Assembly: GCA_964409875.1 (NCBI GenBank)
Contig: CAYPEN010000001.1
Span: 1,313 to 65,312 of the forward strand
Direction of reading: 5' to 3'
DNA length: 64,000 nucleotides
Origin: an uncultured Gammaproteobacteria bacterium
Lineage (GTDB): Bacteria > Patescibacteriota > Microgenomatia > Levybacterales > GWA1-39-11
The translations under genes were made by a program, and so were the position numbers. Below are positions 55,807-64,000 of this stretch, in pieces. The notes under the pieces were generated by a model, which made no database searches, had not been told where the DNA came from, and was given only the letters and a program-made list of their open reading frames with translations. The stretch's first letter is position 1. Each line of letters starts with the position of its first letter.

Positions 55807-56121
55807 TTGGAACCTGATCCTGCTCAAGTATTGCTTGAGTGGAAGAGGCTCGTCAGTGAGGGTAGGCTTCAAGCCGCAGACAAGATGGTCTGGGGATATG
55901 ACTCAGGCACCATTTCCGCAGTAGCGGATCTGTGTTTTGGGGTGGCCTCTGTAAATCCTAAGCTGCGGGACATGTACCAGTGGCTTGGACAGGAAATGCG
56001 CCGGAAGGCGTCTCTCAAGATAAAAGAGGAAAACGGCAAGACCGTGCGCATAAGCACGGCAGAGTACGCCGCGTACCTCCGGATGACTGACACTTCAGGG
56101 ACTCGTTTCGACAAGCCCTAG
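55807..56121 (+). CDS. island-3 hypothetical protein (104 aa)
   Basis: TTG start per the ORF track. No motif. Confidence 0.35.
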   Translation: MEPDPAQVLLEWKRLVSEGRLQAADKMVWGYDSGTISAVADLCFGVASVNPKLRDMYQWLGQEMRRKASLKIKEENGKTVRISTAEYAAYLRMTDTSGTRFDKP

Positions 56122-56180
56122 AGGCAAGCCTCCGCTTCATGCGGAGAGAAACATTCGACCCTCAAAGGGAGGTAAACGAG

Positions 56181-56288
56181 ATGAAATTCTTCGTACTACT
56201 GGTGGCCTGCACGCTTGGTCTCATCCTGCTCATGCGGGAGAAAGACGACGATGGTTACTACCGCGGAGGACCATCTGTTCTCGACTAG
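56181..56288 (+). CDS. island-3 small hydrophobic peptide (35 aa)
   Basis: MKFFVLLVACTLGLILLMREKDDDGYYRGGPSVLD. AGGGAGG Shine-Dalgarno 8 nt upstream. Not in the ORF track. Confidence 0.35.
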   Translation: MKFFVLLVACTLGLILLMREKDDDGYYRGGPSVLD

Positions 56289-56340
56289 CCCCGTGCACCG
56301 CGCGGGAGAAACATTCGACCTAAGCTCACGGGGAGGTATC

Positions 56341-56676
56341 GTGTCAGACAAAACCAACAGTCAACGGCTCGCACAGCGGGCGGTTGACCTTCGTTTCCGA
56401 CAGGCTCTCATCGAGCATGGAGCGTTCCGGTACGGAGTAACCGTACTTGAGTACGGAAGCGTAGAGCTCTCGGAGCAATACGTGACAAGAGAGGGTGCAC
56501 GTCGTGCCCTCAGGGTTGCTATCGTCAGCGACAAGGTATCTATACACGCCTACAATGGCCTGCGCGTCGTGCCGGTCGAGGATGAAAGCGGCCATCAGCC
56601 GGCCCAGACGATGGGCATCACCGGGGAGGTCGACTTTGACCTTAGCGTTCACTCAGTGCGGTTTGCAACCCACTAA
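56341..56676 (+). CDS. island-3 hypothetical protein (about 111 aa)
   Basis: GTG start preceded by GGGGAGGT. The ORF-track form starting at 56215 would run through the upstream peptide gene region. Confidence 0.4.
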   Translation: MSDKTNSQRLAQRAVDLRFRQALIEHGAFRYGVTVLEYGSVELSEQYVTREGARRALRVAIVSDKVSIHAYNGLRVVPVEDESGHQPAQTMGITGEVDFDLSVHSVRFATH

Positions 56677-56773
56677 CAGCAACCAAGTCCAGGGGGCGCG
56701 ACTCATTCGCGCCCCCGCCATCACTTCTACATCCTTCTTGAGTTCAAGACCTCATTCGTTTAAACTTACACAT

Positions 56774-58504
56774 ATGAATATTGTTAATGAGATTGGCAGT
56801 GAATTAGTTCATATAGCGCGAGAAATTTGCGGTGACGGATTGGAATTTGATGTTTCCTTTACATCAGATCTTTCGAAAGGAGATATAGCTTCAAATATTG
56901 CCCTTATCCATTTTAAAAAACTTGGGTTTCAAAACCCTAGAGAGGCAGCCGAAAAAATTAAAGGAATATATGAGGAAATGGGTGATCCTTGTATTAAAAA
57001 GATAGAAGTTGCAGGCCCAGGCTTTATTAATTTCTTTTTGAGCTCAAAATACCTCTCGCAAATGCTTCAAGAAATTGTTCAGAGTAACGGGTTGCAGGAA
57101 AGTTTGAATAAAAATAATCCGCAAAAAGTTATCGTCGAATTCGGCGACCCAAATCCATTCAAAGAAATCCACATAGGGCATTTGAGAAACTTTTCTATTG
57201 GGGAGAGTTTTTCAAGACTCCTTGAGGCACATGGTAACACTGTGATAAGAGCAAATTATCAGGGGGACGTTGGTCTTCATGTTGCAAAGGCAATGTGGGG
57301 ACTTTTGAAGCGCGAAGAGAAATTCTTGGACGAAAGTTTGGGTGAGGAAGAAAAGGTAAAAATTTTGGCCGAATCGTATGTTGAGGGGGCAACGGAGTTT
57401 GAAAATAATGAAGAGGCAAAGAAGGAAATTATCGAAATCAACAAGAAAATATATAGTGATGATGAAAGTTTGCATGCTCTTTGGGAAGAAGGGAGAAAAG
57501 TCAGTCTTGAGCATTTTGAAGAATTGTACAAAAGAATTGGTATAAGCTACGACAAGTATTATTTCGAGTCGGTTACGGCAAAAAAAGGGAAGGAAGTTGT
57601 TCTGTCCCACATTGAGGATGGAGTTTTTGAAAAAGACGACGGGGCGGTTATTTATCGGGGTGAAAAGGATGGACTTCACACAAGAGTCTTTCTGACCTCC
57701 CAAGACTACGCAACTTATGAGGGGAAAGACTTGGCTTTGGCAATTCTTAAAAACGAAGATGAACCGTGTGATGAATCCGTCATTTTGACAGGTAACGAGC
57801 AATTAGAATATTTTCAGGTGATGCTCGCAGCACTTAAGAGAATTGCGCCTGAATTGGCTCAGAAAACCAGGCATTTAACTTTCGGGCATGTAAGGCTCAA
57901 AGAAGGGAAAATGTCTTCAAGAACCGGGGACGTCATAACCGCTTCTTGGCTGCTGGATGAGGCTGTTTCACAAGTCAAGAAAGCATTTCCGGAGATGGAT
58001 GAAGGAACCGCTGAAAAGGTTGGGGTAGGGGCGGTTAAATATTCAATGTTGAGGTTTTCCATCCCTTCTGACATTCACTTTTCTTTCGAGGAGTCCATAT
58101 CTTTGGAGGGGAATTCGGGTCCATATTTGCAGTATTCTTATGTGAGGACACAAAGTGTTCTTGCTAAAGCAAATGCTCAATGGCCAATAGCTAATAGCCA
58201 AAATGATCTGGAAAATTTTAGCTATCAACTATCAGCTATAAGTTATAATGATGAAGAAAGTCAGCTGCTTCGATATCTTGCTCAGTTTCCTTTCCACTTG
58301 GAGCAGGCGGCAAATGAATTTGCACCGAATTTGATATGCAATTATCTCTTTGAGCTTGCCCAGAAATTCAACCTTTTTTATCAGAAGCACAAAATAATAG
58401 GAAGCGAAAATGAAGCATTTAGACTTTCTCTTACAAAGGCAGTAGGACAAGTTCTTCAAAACGGCCTCAAAATCCTCGGAATTGAAACGGTTGAGAGGAT
58501 GTAG
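56774..58504 (+). CDS. argS: arginine--tRNA ligase
   Basis: Start MNIVNEIG at 56774. The ORF-track start at 56495 lies in the GC-rich island and gives an R/S-rich N-terminus. HIGH motif (EIHIGHLRN). MSSR is KMSKS-like. C-terminal DALR-type ending ...IETVERM. Confidence 0.85.
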   Translation: MNIVNEIGSELVHIAREICGDGLEFDVSFTSDLSKGDIASNIALIHFKKLGFQNPREAAEKIKGIYEEMGDPCIKKIEVAGPGFINFFLSSKYLSQMLQEIVQSNGLQESLNKNNPQKVIVEFGDPNPFKEIHIGHLRNFSIGESFSRLLEAHGNTVIRANYQGDVGLHVAKAMWGLLKREEKFLDESLGEEEKVKILAESYVEGATEFENNEEAKKEIIEINKKIYSDDESLHALWEEGRKVSLEHFEELYKRIGISYDKYYFESVTAKKGKEVVLSHIEDGVFEKDDGAVIYRGEKDGLHTRVFLTSQDYATYEGKDLALAILKNEDEPCDESVILTGNEQLEYFQVMLAALKRIAPELAQKTRHLTFGHVRLKEGKMSSRTGDVITASWLLDEAVSQVKKAFPEMDEGTAEKVGVGAVKYSMLRFSIPSDIHFSFEESISLEGNSGPYLQYSYVRTQSVLAKANAQWPIANSQNDLENFSYQLSAISYNDEESQLLRYLAQFPFHLEQAANEFAPNLICNYLFELAQKFNLFYQKHKIIGSENEAFRLSLTKAVGQVLQNGLKILGIETVERM

Positions 58505-58505
58505 C

Positions 58506-60212
58506 TTATTTAGCGCTTGAGCTGTTTTTTTCTTCAATTCCAGCCGCTGCAAATGCCTCATCTACCAGTCGATAAATCTCTTTCACTTCGGTTCTGGTAA
58601 GACCATGGCGATATTTGTTCATGATATCTGCTGCAACAGCTTCTTTTTGAGTGTAGTCCGGGTGGTGATCTTTACCGCTTGAGCCTGGTTTTAAGAAGTT
58701 TTTTTCTTGCAAATTGATGATATTTCGAGTACTCACCCTTAAGATCGCGCTTAGTTGTAGATGCCCGATTCTCTGCAGCCCTGTATCCAATACTGTCTTT
58801 ATAGATTTATCTATTTCATTCCGGATATCAGGGACCCTTTTTTCAATATTTAGAACTTTTGGTTCACGTACTGGTTGCTCAACAGGCAGTGGGGTGCTTG
58901 ATAAAAGTATCGTTTCCTCTTCGTTTTTAGCTTCATATTCGGCTTCGTCTGTCATTTCAGAAACTGTTTCAGTCTCAATTTCTTCAACCAGTGAGGAAGA
59001 CACTTCCTTAACGGATGTATCTTCAGAAATTTTTACCTCAACATCTTCTGACAGTTGTTCAAGTGTCTCTTCTCTTTCATCTACTTGTTCTTTAGCTTCT
59101 TTTTGCTTAAGTTGAATTTCAAAAAAGTCAGCAAGGGTTTTTTGAACACTCTCGTAGGTTTGTCTGTCCTCACCTGGGAACTTTTCTTTCATTTTATCCC
59201 ATAATGCGAGCTCAATGTCAGAAATATTTTTTGTTCCTTTTCTCTTTATTCGTACAAAAAAGAATTGTGTTGCATTCCTCAATGCAGCCCAGGCTTGGCC
59301 TCTGTGATAGGGTCTTCCGTTTTTCATCAACCCAAGTCCATCAATAATTTCCTTTTGGATTAGGGCCCCATCCATAATGAGTCCAATAGCACTAGCATTC
59401 CTGTCTGATATTGGATGCTTGAGTGGAGATTCTTTTTTCGGTTTTTCCTCTGCTTCACTTTTCGGGGATTGTTCAACCGTGACTATTGTAATTTTTATCG
59501 GTTCTTTGTCCGACTTTGTACGCTCAATTCTTTCGTCATCTTTCAGTGGTAACTGAGTGAGATTTGCGGAAATTTTTGCTCGTGAATCACGATCATCAAC
59601 TCCATAAATCGATAATGCTGCTTCAGCGTAAGTAAATGAACCTGATCTTAAAAGATCATAAATTTCTTGTCTGTATGTTTTCTTTTTTGGCTGACTTTCA
59701 CCTTGAGCTGCTTCAATTATTATTGACTGTTCTTGCACAGGAACGACAGTTGAGGTTAATTCTTCTTGTATAGAGGTTTCAGATGGTTGTTCTGTTTCCG
59801 TTACTGCTTGAACGGTAGTTCTTGACTTAAGATTATGCAATTGGCTTTGTGCGATAGTAAGGGCTTCTTTCGTCGGTAAAAACCCTTTTTCATCAAGTGT
59901 CTGAAGCTGCACAACCTTTCGCTCGAGAACTTCTACGCGGTTGGTTATTTCACTCTCTACTTCCTCGTTTTGTTGTTGTAGAGTAGGGATAGCATTTTCT
60001 GATAAAGCCTGTTTGATTTGACCTATTCGAAGCGCATTATCGACAAAATCAGGGTCGGTTGCATCTGAAATGTCCAATGCGTGACTTACGGGAGCAAATT
60101 CGGCCGTCCCAATGGTCTCAAAAACCCTTTGTGCTTTTACAAGGTGTCCTTGCGACTTTGCTGCGTGTTCTTGAAGCTCGTCTACATTCATTACTGATAA
60201 TTCTTTATTCAT
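58506..60212 (-). CDS. hypothetical coiled-coil protein
   Basis: Start MNKELSVMNVDELQ at 60212 preferred, to avoid overlap with the upstream gene. Long acidic coiled-coil regions. Confidence 0.45.
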   Translation of the reverse strand: MNKELSVMNVDELQEHAAKSQGHLVKAQRVFETIGTAEFAPVSHALDISDATDPDFVDNALRIGQIKQALSENAIPTLQQQNEEVESEITNRVEVLERKVVQLQTLDEKGFLPTKEALTIAQSQLHNLKSRTTVQAVTETEQPSETSIQEELTSTVVPVQEQSIIIEAAQGESQPKKKTYRQEIYDLLRSGSFTYAEAALSIYGVDDRDSRAKISANLTQLPLKDDERIERTKSDKEPIKITIVTVEQSPKSEAEEKPKKESPLKHPISDRNASAIGLIMDGALIQKEIIDGLGLMKNGRPYHRGQAWAALRNATQFFFVRIKRKGTKNISDIELALWDKMKEKFPGEDRQTYESVQKTLADFFEIQLKQKEAKEQVDEREETLEQLSEDVEVKISEDTSVKEVSSSLVEEIETETVSEMTDEAEYEAKNEEETILLSSTPLPVEQPVREPKVLNIEKRVPDIRNEIDKSIKTVLDTGLQRIGHLQLSAILRVSTRNIINLQEKNFLKPGSSGKDHHPDYTQKEAVAADIMNKYRHGLTRTEVKEIYRLVDEAFAAAGIEEKNSSSAK

Positions 60213-60280
60213 AGTGGCGGATATTATACAAAAAGTATCCTGTAGTGTCAATATTAAGAAGAAAAAGTGCCGGAAATTAT

Positions 60281-61534
60281 TTACTTGGCGGAAGGAAGCG
60301 GGTGCTCCTTTTCCCATTCATCAACCCTCTGAAGAATTGCAAGCATTATCTCTTCCCTCTGTTGCTTGTTCAATCTTTTATTTTTCAGTATAGCTGTCGT
60401 AAGTCCATCAGCAAAGGTAAACATCATATGGTGGTCATTTGATGACGGTTCAAGTTTTAATGTTCCGTCATGTTGAAGCCTGTCGCTATCGTCGCTATGA
60501 AACCCGAATGCTTCATTAGCAGCGTTTGGTTTGAATCTCTGCCGCATGTCAATGACACGGTTTTTGGCAATGTACTTTGCAATTTCAGCGTCAACAATTG
60601 CTAAAGCATCGAACTCTCTTTTCGGCGCTCTTTCTCTGGTTATTGGTGCAGGTTTTGGTGTAGCAGCCGTAGGTTGGAATTCCTCAGGATGGAAAAAATC
60701 ATAAATTTTTTCACGGAATTCATTTCTCATCTGTCGGGACCCATTTGCGGTTGTAGCTCCTCTTATAAATGACCAGGCATCCACTTCTGCTGCACTTGCA
60801 TCTCCTTCCGTAATCTTTGAATATAATTTTGTGAATAACGCATTTATTAACCGTTCTGCATCTGTTTCTGAAAACGGATAGCGAGCAGTTTGATTTAACG
60901 CGTCTAAAACCCCCTCAATTGTTCCCCCATTTGCTATAAGTTGGAGAGCATGAAGCTTACTTGAATCGATGCCAGGTTCCTGTAGTATTTGGGTTTCAGC
61001 AGGCACGTGAGGTGTCTCAACAGGAGGAACTACCGCATGTTCCGGTGGGTTCTTTTCTGGTTGGTCGGCCGATGGTAAGACTGAGGGATGGAGTTCTTCG
61101 TCTATTTTTCTCAACGCTTCCTCTACCATTCCAATTACACTTTGGTTGGTCAAAGCACCTTTGCCTTCAAGTTCTCTCAATTCATGCAGATTCATGGTGT
61201 ATTCCGCAGCATCTGAGAGTAATTGTTGGCGGTCTGCAATTTTTTCCTTGAGCGAGCGCTGCAATTCCTCAAGTGCCGGTAGGGACCTATGCATTATGGC
61301 ATCGTTCACCCGGGAACTTGCGAGTGTTGTCGCAATTAGCTCTTTCAAGTAATTTGGGTGGTCGGGGGTAGGGGGAATGTATTTCTCAGGACCTTGAAAA
61401 TCGGGTGTTCCAATTGTTGCAGAAATGTGCTCAAGTTTGGTAGCTGCTGTGGCGAATTTATCAGCACGTTCTTGAAGCTGCGCTATTTCCGGAGGGGTTT
61501 GTCCTCTGTCTTCCATATAAAAATATTGTAGCAA
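60281..61534 (-). CDS. hypothetical coiled-coil protein, possible paralog of the downstream gene
   Basis: 417 aa. Its N-terminal region is loosely similar to the neighbour: ATIGTPDFQGP versus ETIGTAEFAPV. Confidence 0.45.
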   Translation of the reverse strand: MLQYFYMEDRGQTPPEIAQLQERADKFATAATKLEHISATIGTPDFQGPEKYIPPTPDHPNYLKELIATTLASSRVNDAIMHRSLPALEELQRSLKEKIADRQQLLSDAAEYTMNLHELRELEGKGALTNQSVIGMVEEALRKIDEELHPSVLPSADQPEKNPPEHAVVPPVETPHVPAETQILQEPGIDSSKLHALQLIANGGTIEGVLDALNQTARYPFSETDAERLINALFTKLYSKITEGDASAAEVDAWSFIRGATTANGSRQMRNEFREKIYDFFHPEEFQPTAATPKPAPITRERAPKREFDALAIVDAEIAKYIAKNRVIDMRQRFKPNAANEAFGFHSDDSDRLQHDGTLKLEPSSNDHHMMFTFADGLTTAILKNKRLNKQQREEIMLAILQRVDEWEKEHPLPSAK

Positions 61535-61559
61535 AAAGAAAAAGTGCCGGAAGGGAAGG

Positions 61560-62000
61560 TTTGGAACCTACAAAACACTCAGATAAGCTCTGAGTTGCCT
61601 TCCGGCCAAAGTCGGTTACTACACTGCGGGAGTGGGGCCTAGCGCGCCTGCGCTTGGGAGACCGTTAGCCGTTGGGCAGGGACACGGTCGTTGTTGTTGA
61701 GCTTGAAGCTCTCATCGCGTTGCCGTTTCTTGGCAGCTTTTCGAGCTTCGTCGCGTTGCCGGGCTGCAGACCGGGCGGCTTTCACGAAGAGACCCCGACA
61801 GGCTGCAGCTTCGTGGCCGCAAACCTACCAGAGACGGAAGCGGTGAGGGTCCTTGTTGTGGACCCTCCGGGCGTAGGGCCTTGTTGGGCCTTCCGCGCCA
61901 TGCGCCTGTTCTTGGAAGCTTTCTGCCTCCATGGTTCTCTCGCTTTGCTCAAGTTGCCTCTCCTGATTGTGTTGTGCCCCTAACCGCAGTGTTGTTCCCA
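61560..62000. other. GC-rich island 4 (about 60% GC, about 440 bp)
   Basis: Composition shift between two AT-rich intergenic stretches. G/C hairpin AGCGC-GCCT-GCGCT at 61641-61654. Only short ORFs. A minus-strand 35-aa ORF (MEAESFQEQ...FRLW) is followed in frame, after a TAG, by a basic segment KAARSAARQRDEARKAAKKRQRDESFKL. Confidence 0.5.
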
Positions 62001-62177
62001 ATGAATTTAACATAGAACCAAATAACCTCTACCATGGGAAACCCAGGGATTCAGTTAAGCTTAGTCCGCTGTTACTAATAGTATACTGCTATATTGCAAA
62101 AAAGTAAGTGTTTTGTATGGAATAAGAAAGAATTAATTTGGTTTGCAATTTGACTTTAGACCCGTATAATTTAGTGT

Positions 62178-63449
62178 ATGCGATTTCATAGAAGCGTTCT
62201 TTCGAATGGGGTAAGAGTCATTGTTGTTCCTGTTGCAGGAGTTGAGTCGGCGACGACTTTAGTCATGTACGGAGCAGGCAGTAGATACGAGGAAAAGAAG
62301 AACAACGGTATTTCCCACTTTTTAGAGCACATGGCCTTTAAAGGTACCACCAATAGACCATCAGCCCGTGAAATTTCTGCGCTCATTGACGGGATCGGCG
62401 CAGAATTTAATGCTTTTACCGGTAAGGAATACACTGGTTACTACATAAAATCAGCCACAACGCATGTCAATTTATGCCTTGATGTGCTTTCCGATATGCT
62501 TAAGAATTTACTTCTCGACCCTGCAGAAATTGAGCGGGAAAAGGGAGTAATAATAGAAGAAATCAATCTTTATGAAGATACTCCGATGCGAAACATAGGA
62601 GATATTTATGAACGGCTTTTGTACGGAGATACGCCTCTGGGATGGGATACGGCTGGAACTCCGGACATTATAAAAAGCTTAAATCGTGATGACTTCGTAA
62701 ATTATATGGGCAGACTTTACAGCGCCCACAACATGACGGTTGTTGTTGCGGGAAATGTTCATCTGGAGACAATTCACAAAGAAATTGAAAAGTATTTTGG
62801 TGATGTTCCCAGATTTGACGTCGAGAAATTTTTGCCAATTCATGAAAAACAACATAAATACGAAGTTGCAATAAAACACAAAAGGACTGAGCAGGCGCAT
62901 TTTGCATTGGGAGTCAGGACCGTTGGAATTCATGACAAGAAAGACAGATATCCTTTGGAAATTTTGGCCTCAATTTTGGGAGGAGGCATGTCATCGAGGC
63001 TTTTTTATGAGGTACGTGAACGGCGCGGGTTGTCGTATTATGTGAGAACATCCTCGGACCATTATATAGATGCCGGCTACATGGCAACATATGTCGGGGC
63101 AGATCCAAAGAGAATTGATGAGGCAATACAAGTTGTTGCCGAAGAATATGTAAAGGTAAGTGAGAAAGGGGAGATAACCGAGGATGAGCTGAAAAAGGCA
63201 AAGGAGTACACAAAGGGGCATTTTGTTTTGGAGCTGGAGGACACGAGAAGTGCCGCGATAATGTATGCATCCCAAGAAATTTTGCAGCATGAGTTACATA
63301 ATCCGCACGAAGTTATTGAAAGAATAGAAAAAGTGAGCGTGGATGACGTTCACCGCGTTGCAAAAGAATATCTGGATACAAAATTATTGTCGTTAGCGGT
63401 TATTGGTAATTTTGAGGATAAAGACCGCTTTGAAAGGTTGCTAAGATAA
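62178..63449 (+). CDS. M16-family zinc peptidase (pitrilysin/insulinase-like)
   Basis: HxxEH inverted zinc motif in GISHFLEHMAFKGT. E at the expected distance (GVIIEEI). 423 aa. Confidence 0.8.
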   Translation: MRFHRSVLSNGVRVIVVPVAGVESATTLVMYGAGSRYEEKKNNGISHFLEHMAFKGTTNRPSAREISALIDGIGAEFNAFTGKEYTGYYIKSATTHVNLCLDVLSDMLKNLLLDPAEIEREKGVIIEEINLYEDTPMRNIGDIYERLLYGDTPLGWDTAGTPDIIKSLNRDDFVNYMGRLYSAHNMTVVVAGNVHLETIHKEIEKYFGDVPRFDVEKFLPIHEKQHKYEVAIKHKRTEQAHFALGVRTVGIHDKKDRYPLEILASILGGGMSSRLFYEVRERRGLSYYVRTSSDHYIDAGYMATYVGADPKRIDEAIQVVAEEYVKVSEKGEITEDELKKAKEYTKGHFVLELEDTRSAAIMYASQEILQHELHNPHEVIERIEKVSVDDVHRVAKEYLDTKLLSLAVIGNFEDKDRFERLLR

Positions 63450-63469
63450 GCCTTTCCTCTGTATGGTAT

Positions 63470-63492
63470 GCGGAAGTTTTGTTTCAAAACTT
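63470..63492. terminator. stem-loop GGAAGTTTTG-TTTC-AAAACTTTC, member of the hairpin family
   Basis: One-mismatch stem. The flanks tatgcggaagtttt...aaaagaggaagaaagtcatgg are almost identical to the element at 21555-21606. Confidence 0.45.
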
Positions 63493-63566
63493 TCTAAAAA
63501 GAGGAAGAAAGTCATGGATCCGCTAAAGATAGGTTTGAAAAGCTTTTAAAGTGATATACTTCGATT

Positions 63567-64000
63567 ATGGACTCAGCAGGAGAACAAGAAAAAGCACCAC
63601 AGCCCTCAATAGAACAAGCCCCAAACACACCCGAAGTTCATGCAAGTGAAAGTCTTGCGGAAAAATATCCTCTTCAGACGATGGAGTTTGGAAAATTGGG
63701 AACTGTGAGTTTCCGTGATATTGCTCCCGAAATGCCCCGTCCCGGGGGGGAGGTTCCAATGGTGATGATGACAGGATGGGCCATGAATCAGGATGTCATT
63801 GGAAATACTACTCAAGCACTCGTGGAGGCGGGACAGCGTGTAGTTCCATTTGATATTAAAGGCGGAGGAAAAGGAGTTGAGGGAGTAGGAGATACGTCCG
63901 CAGAAATCAACAGACAGGGTGAACTTTTGAAAAAATGGATTGAGCAGAGTGGGAACGAAAAATTGCACCTTGTCGGCCAATCAATGTCTGCTTTGGTTCT
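63567..64000 (+). CDS. alpha/beta-hydrolase-fold protein, 3' end outside window
   Basis: The frame is open from ATG 63567 to the window end. GQSMSA is a GxSxG nucleophile elbow, preceded by the LHLVG beta-strand. Confidence 0.5.
   Translation, partial: MDSAGEQEKAPQPSIEQAPNTPEVHASESLAEKYPLQTMEFGKLGTVSFRDIAPEMPRPGGEVPMVMMTGWAMNQDVIGNTTQALVEAGQRVVPFDIKGGGKGVEGVGDTSAEINRQGELLKKWIEQSGNEKLHLVGQSMSALV

Larger units (their letters stand above)
55790..56760. other. GC-rich island 3 (about 55-58% GC)
   Basis: Composition shift. Ends with the G/C hairpin GGGGGCGCG-ACTCATT-CGCGCCCCC (56693-56717). Contains three plus-strand ORFs and a duplicated leader motif. Confidence 0.55.

Noticed and set aside
56215-56676. 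ORF-track starts 56215 (153 aa) and 56495 (argS, 669 aa) extending into island 3
   Set aside because: The extended N-termini are R/S-rich wrong-composition readings of GC-rich DNA. Internal starts with SD (56341 GTG) and the canonical ArgS N-terminus (56774 MNIVNEIG) are preferred.
44090-62000. The GC-rich segments as simple assembly chimeras or contamination
   Set aside because: Four separate short inserts sit at intergenic positions with intact flanking genes on both sides. A single chimeric join would give one junction. This cannot be excluded without read-level evidence, so it is carried as a caveat in the findings.
63565-63980. Minus-strand ORFs 63565..63759 and 63606..63980
   Set aside because: They are antisense to a plus-strand frame that is open to the window end and contains a GxSxG hydrolase motif.

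Overview
The window has about 38-40% GC and is densely packed with short genes. It looks like a reduced-genome bacterium, possibly CPR/Patescibacteria-like; that attribution is inference only.

From the left edge:
- A 5'-truncated giant surface protein of more than 2,860 aa runs to 8606. It has beta-helix repeats, tandem modules, about 20 Kelch-like blades and a tail-fibre-like C-terminus.
- A four-helix-bundle (23S-IVS family) gene sits in an AT-rich, inverted-repeat-flanked cassette.
- Two tandem class-A beta-lactamase-like serine hydrolases are followed by two tandem LytR_C-domain membrane proteins, each with its own TTGACA-N18-TATAAT-like promoter.
- A PATR-type surface protein and a convergent 920-aa secreted protein follow.
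- tRNA-Tyr and tRNA-Thr lie in a block with several tRNA-Thr fragment copies, next to rpmG and a degraded rpmG 3' duplicate with a 34-nt x3 tandem repeat.
- glpX precedes a minus-strand secreted-protein operon: PAP2, two secreted proteins and a 1137-aa protein with seven or more 6-Cys repeats. The last two carry a shared dockerin-like C-terminal module.
- Housekeeping genes follow: tRNA-Trp, HIT, IMPase-like, rnhB, uppS, era, class II fba, pgk, PIG-L deacetylase, rplA, rplK, nusG, secE, galU, FabD-like, PlsC-like, argS, an M16 peptidase and a 3'-truncated alpha/beta hydrolase.

Most unusual are four short GC-rich insertions of about 55-60% GC:
- about 44.09-45.24 kb;
- about 48.07-48.85 kb;
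- about 55.79-56.76 kb;
- about 61.56-62.00 kb.

Each sits between intact low-GC genes and encodes only small proteins (membrane peptides, a zinc ribbon, unknowns). At least one boundary of each carries a G/C-tract stem-loop. This fits repeated small acquisitions from a high-GC donor, or an undescribed family of small cassettes.

The window has no rRNA and no CRISPR. All coordinates and motifs were read by eye from the sequence; no database searches were run.
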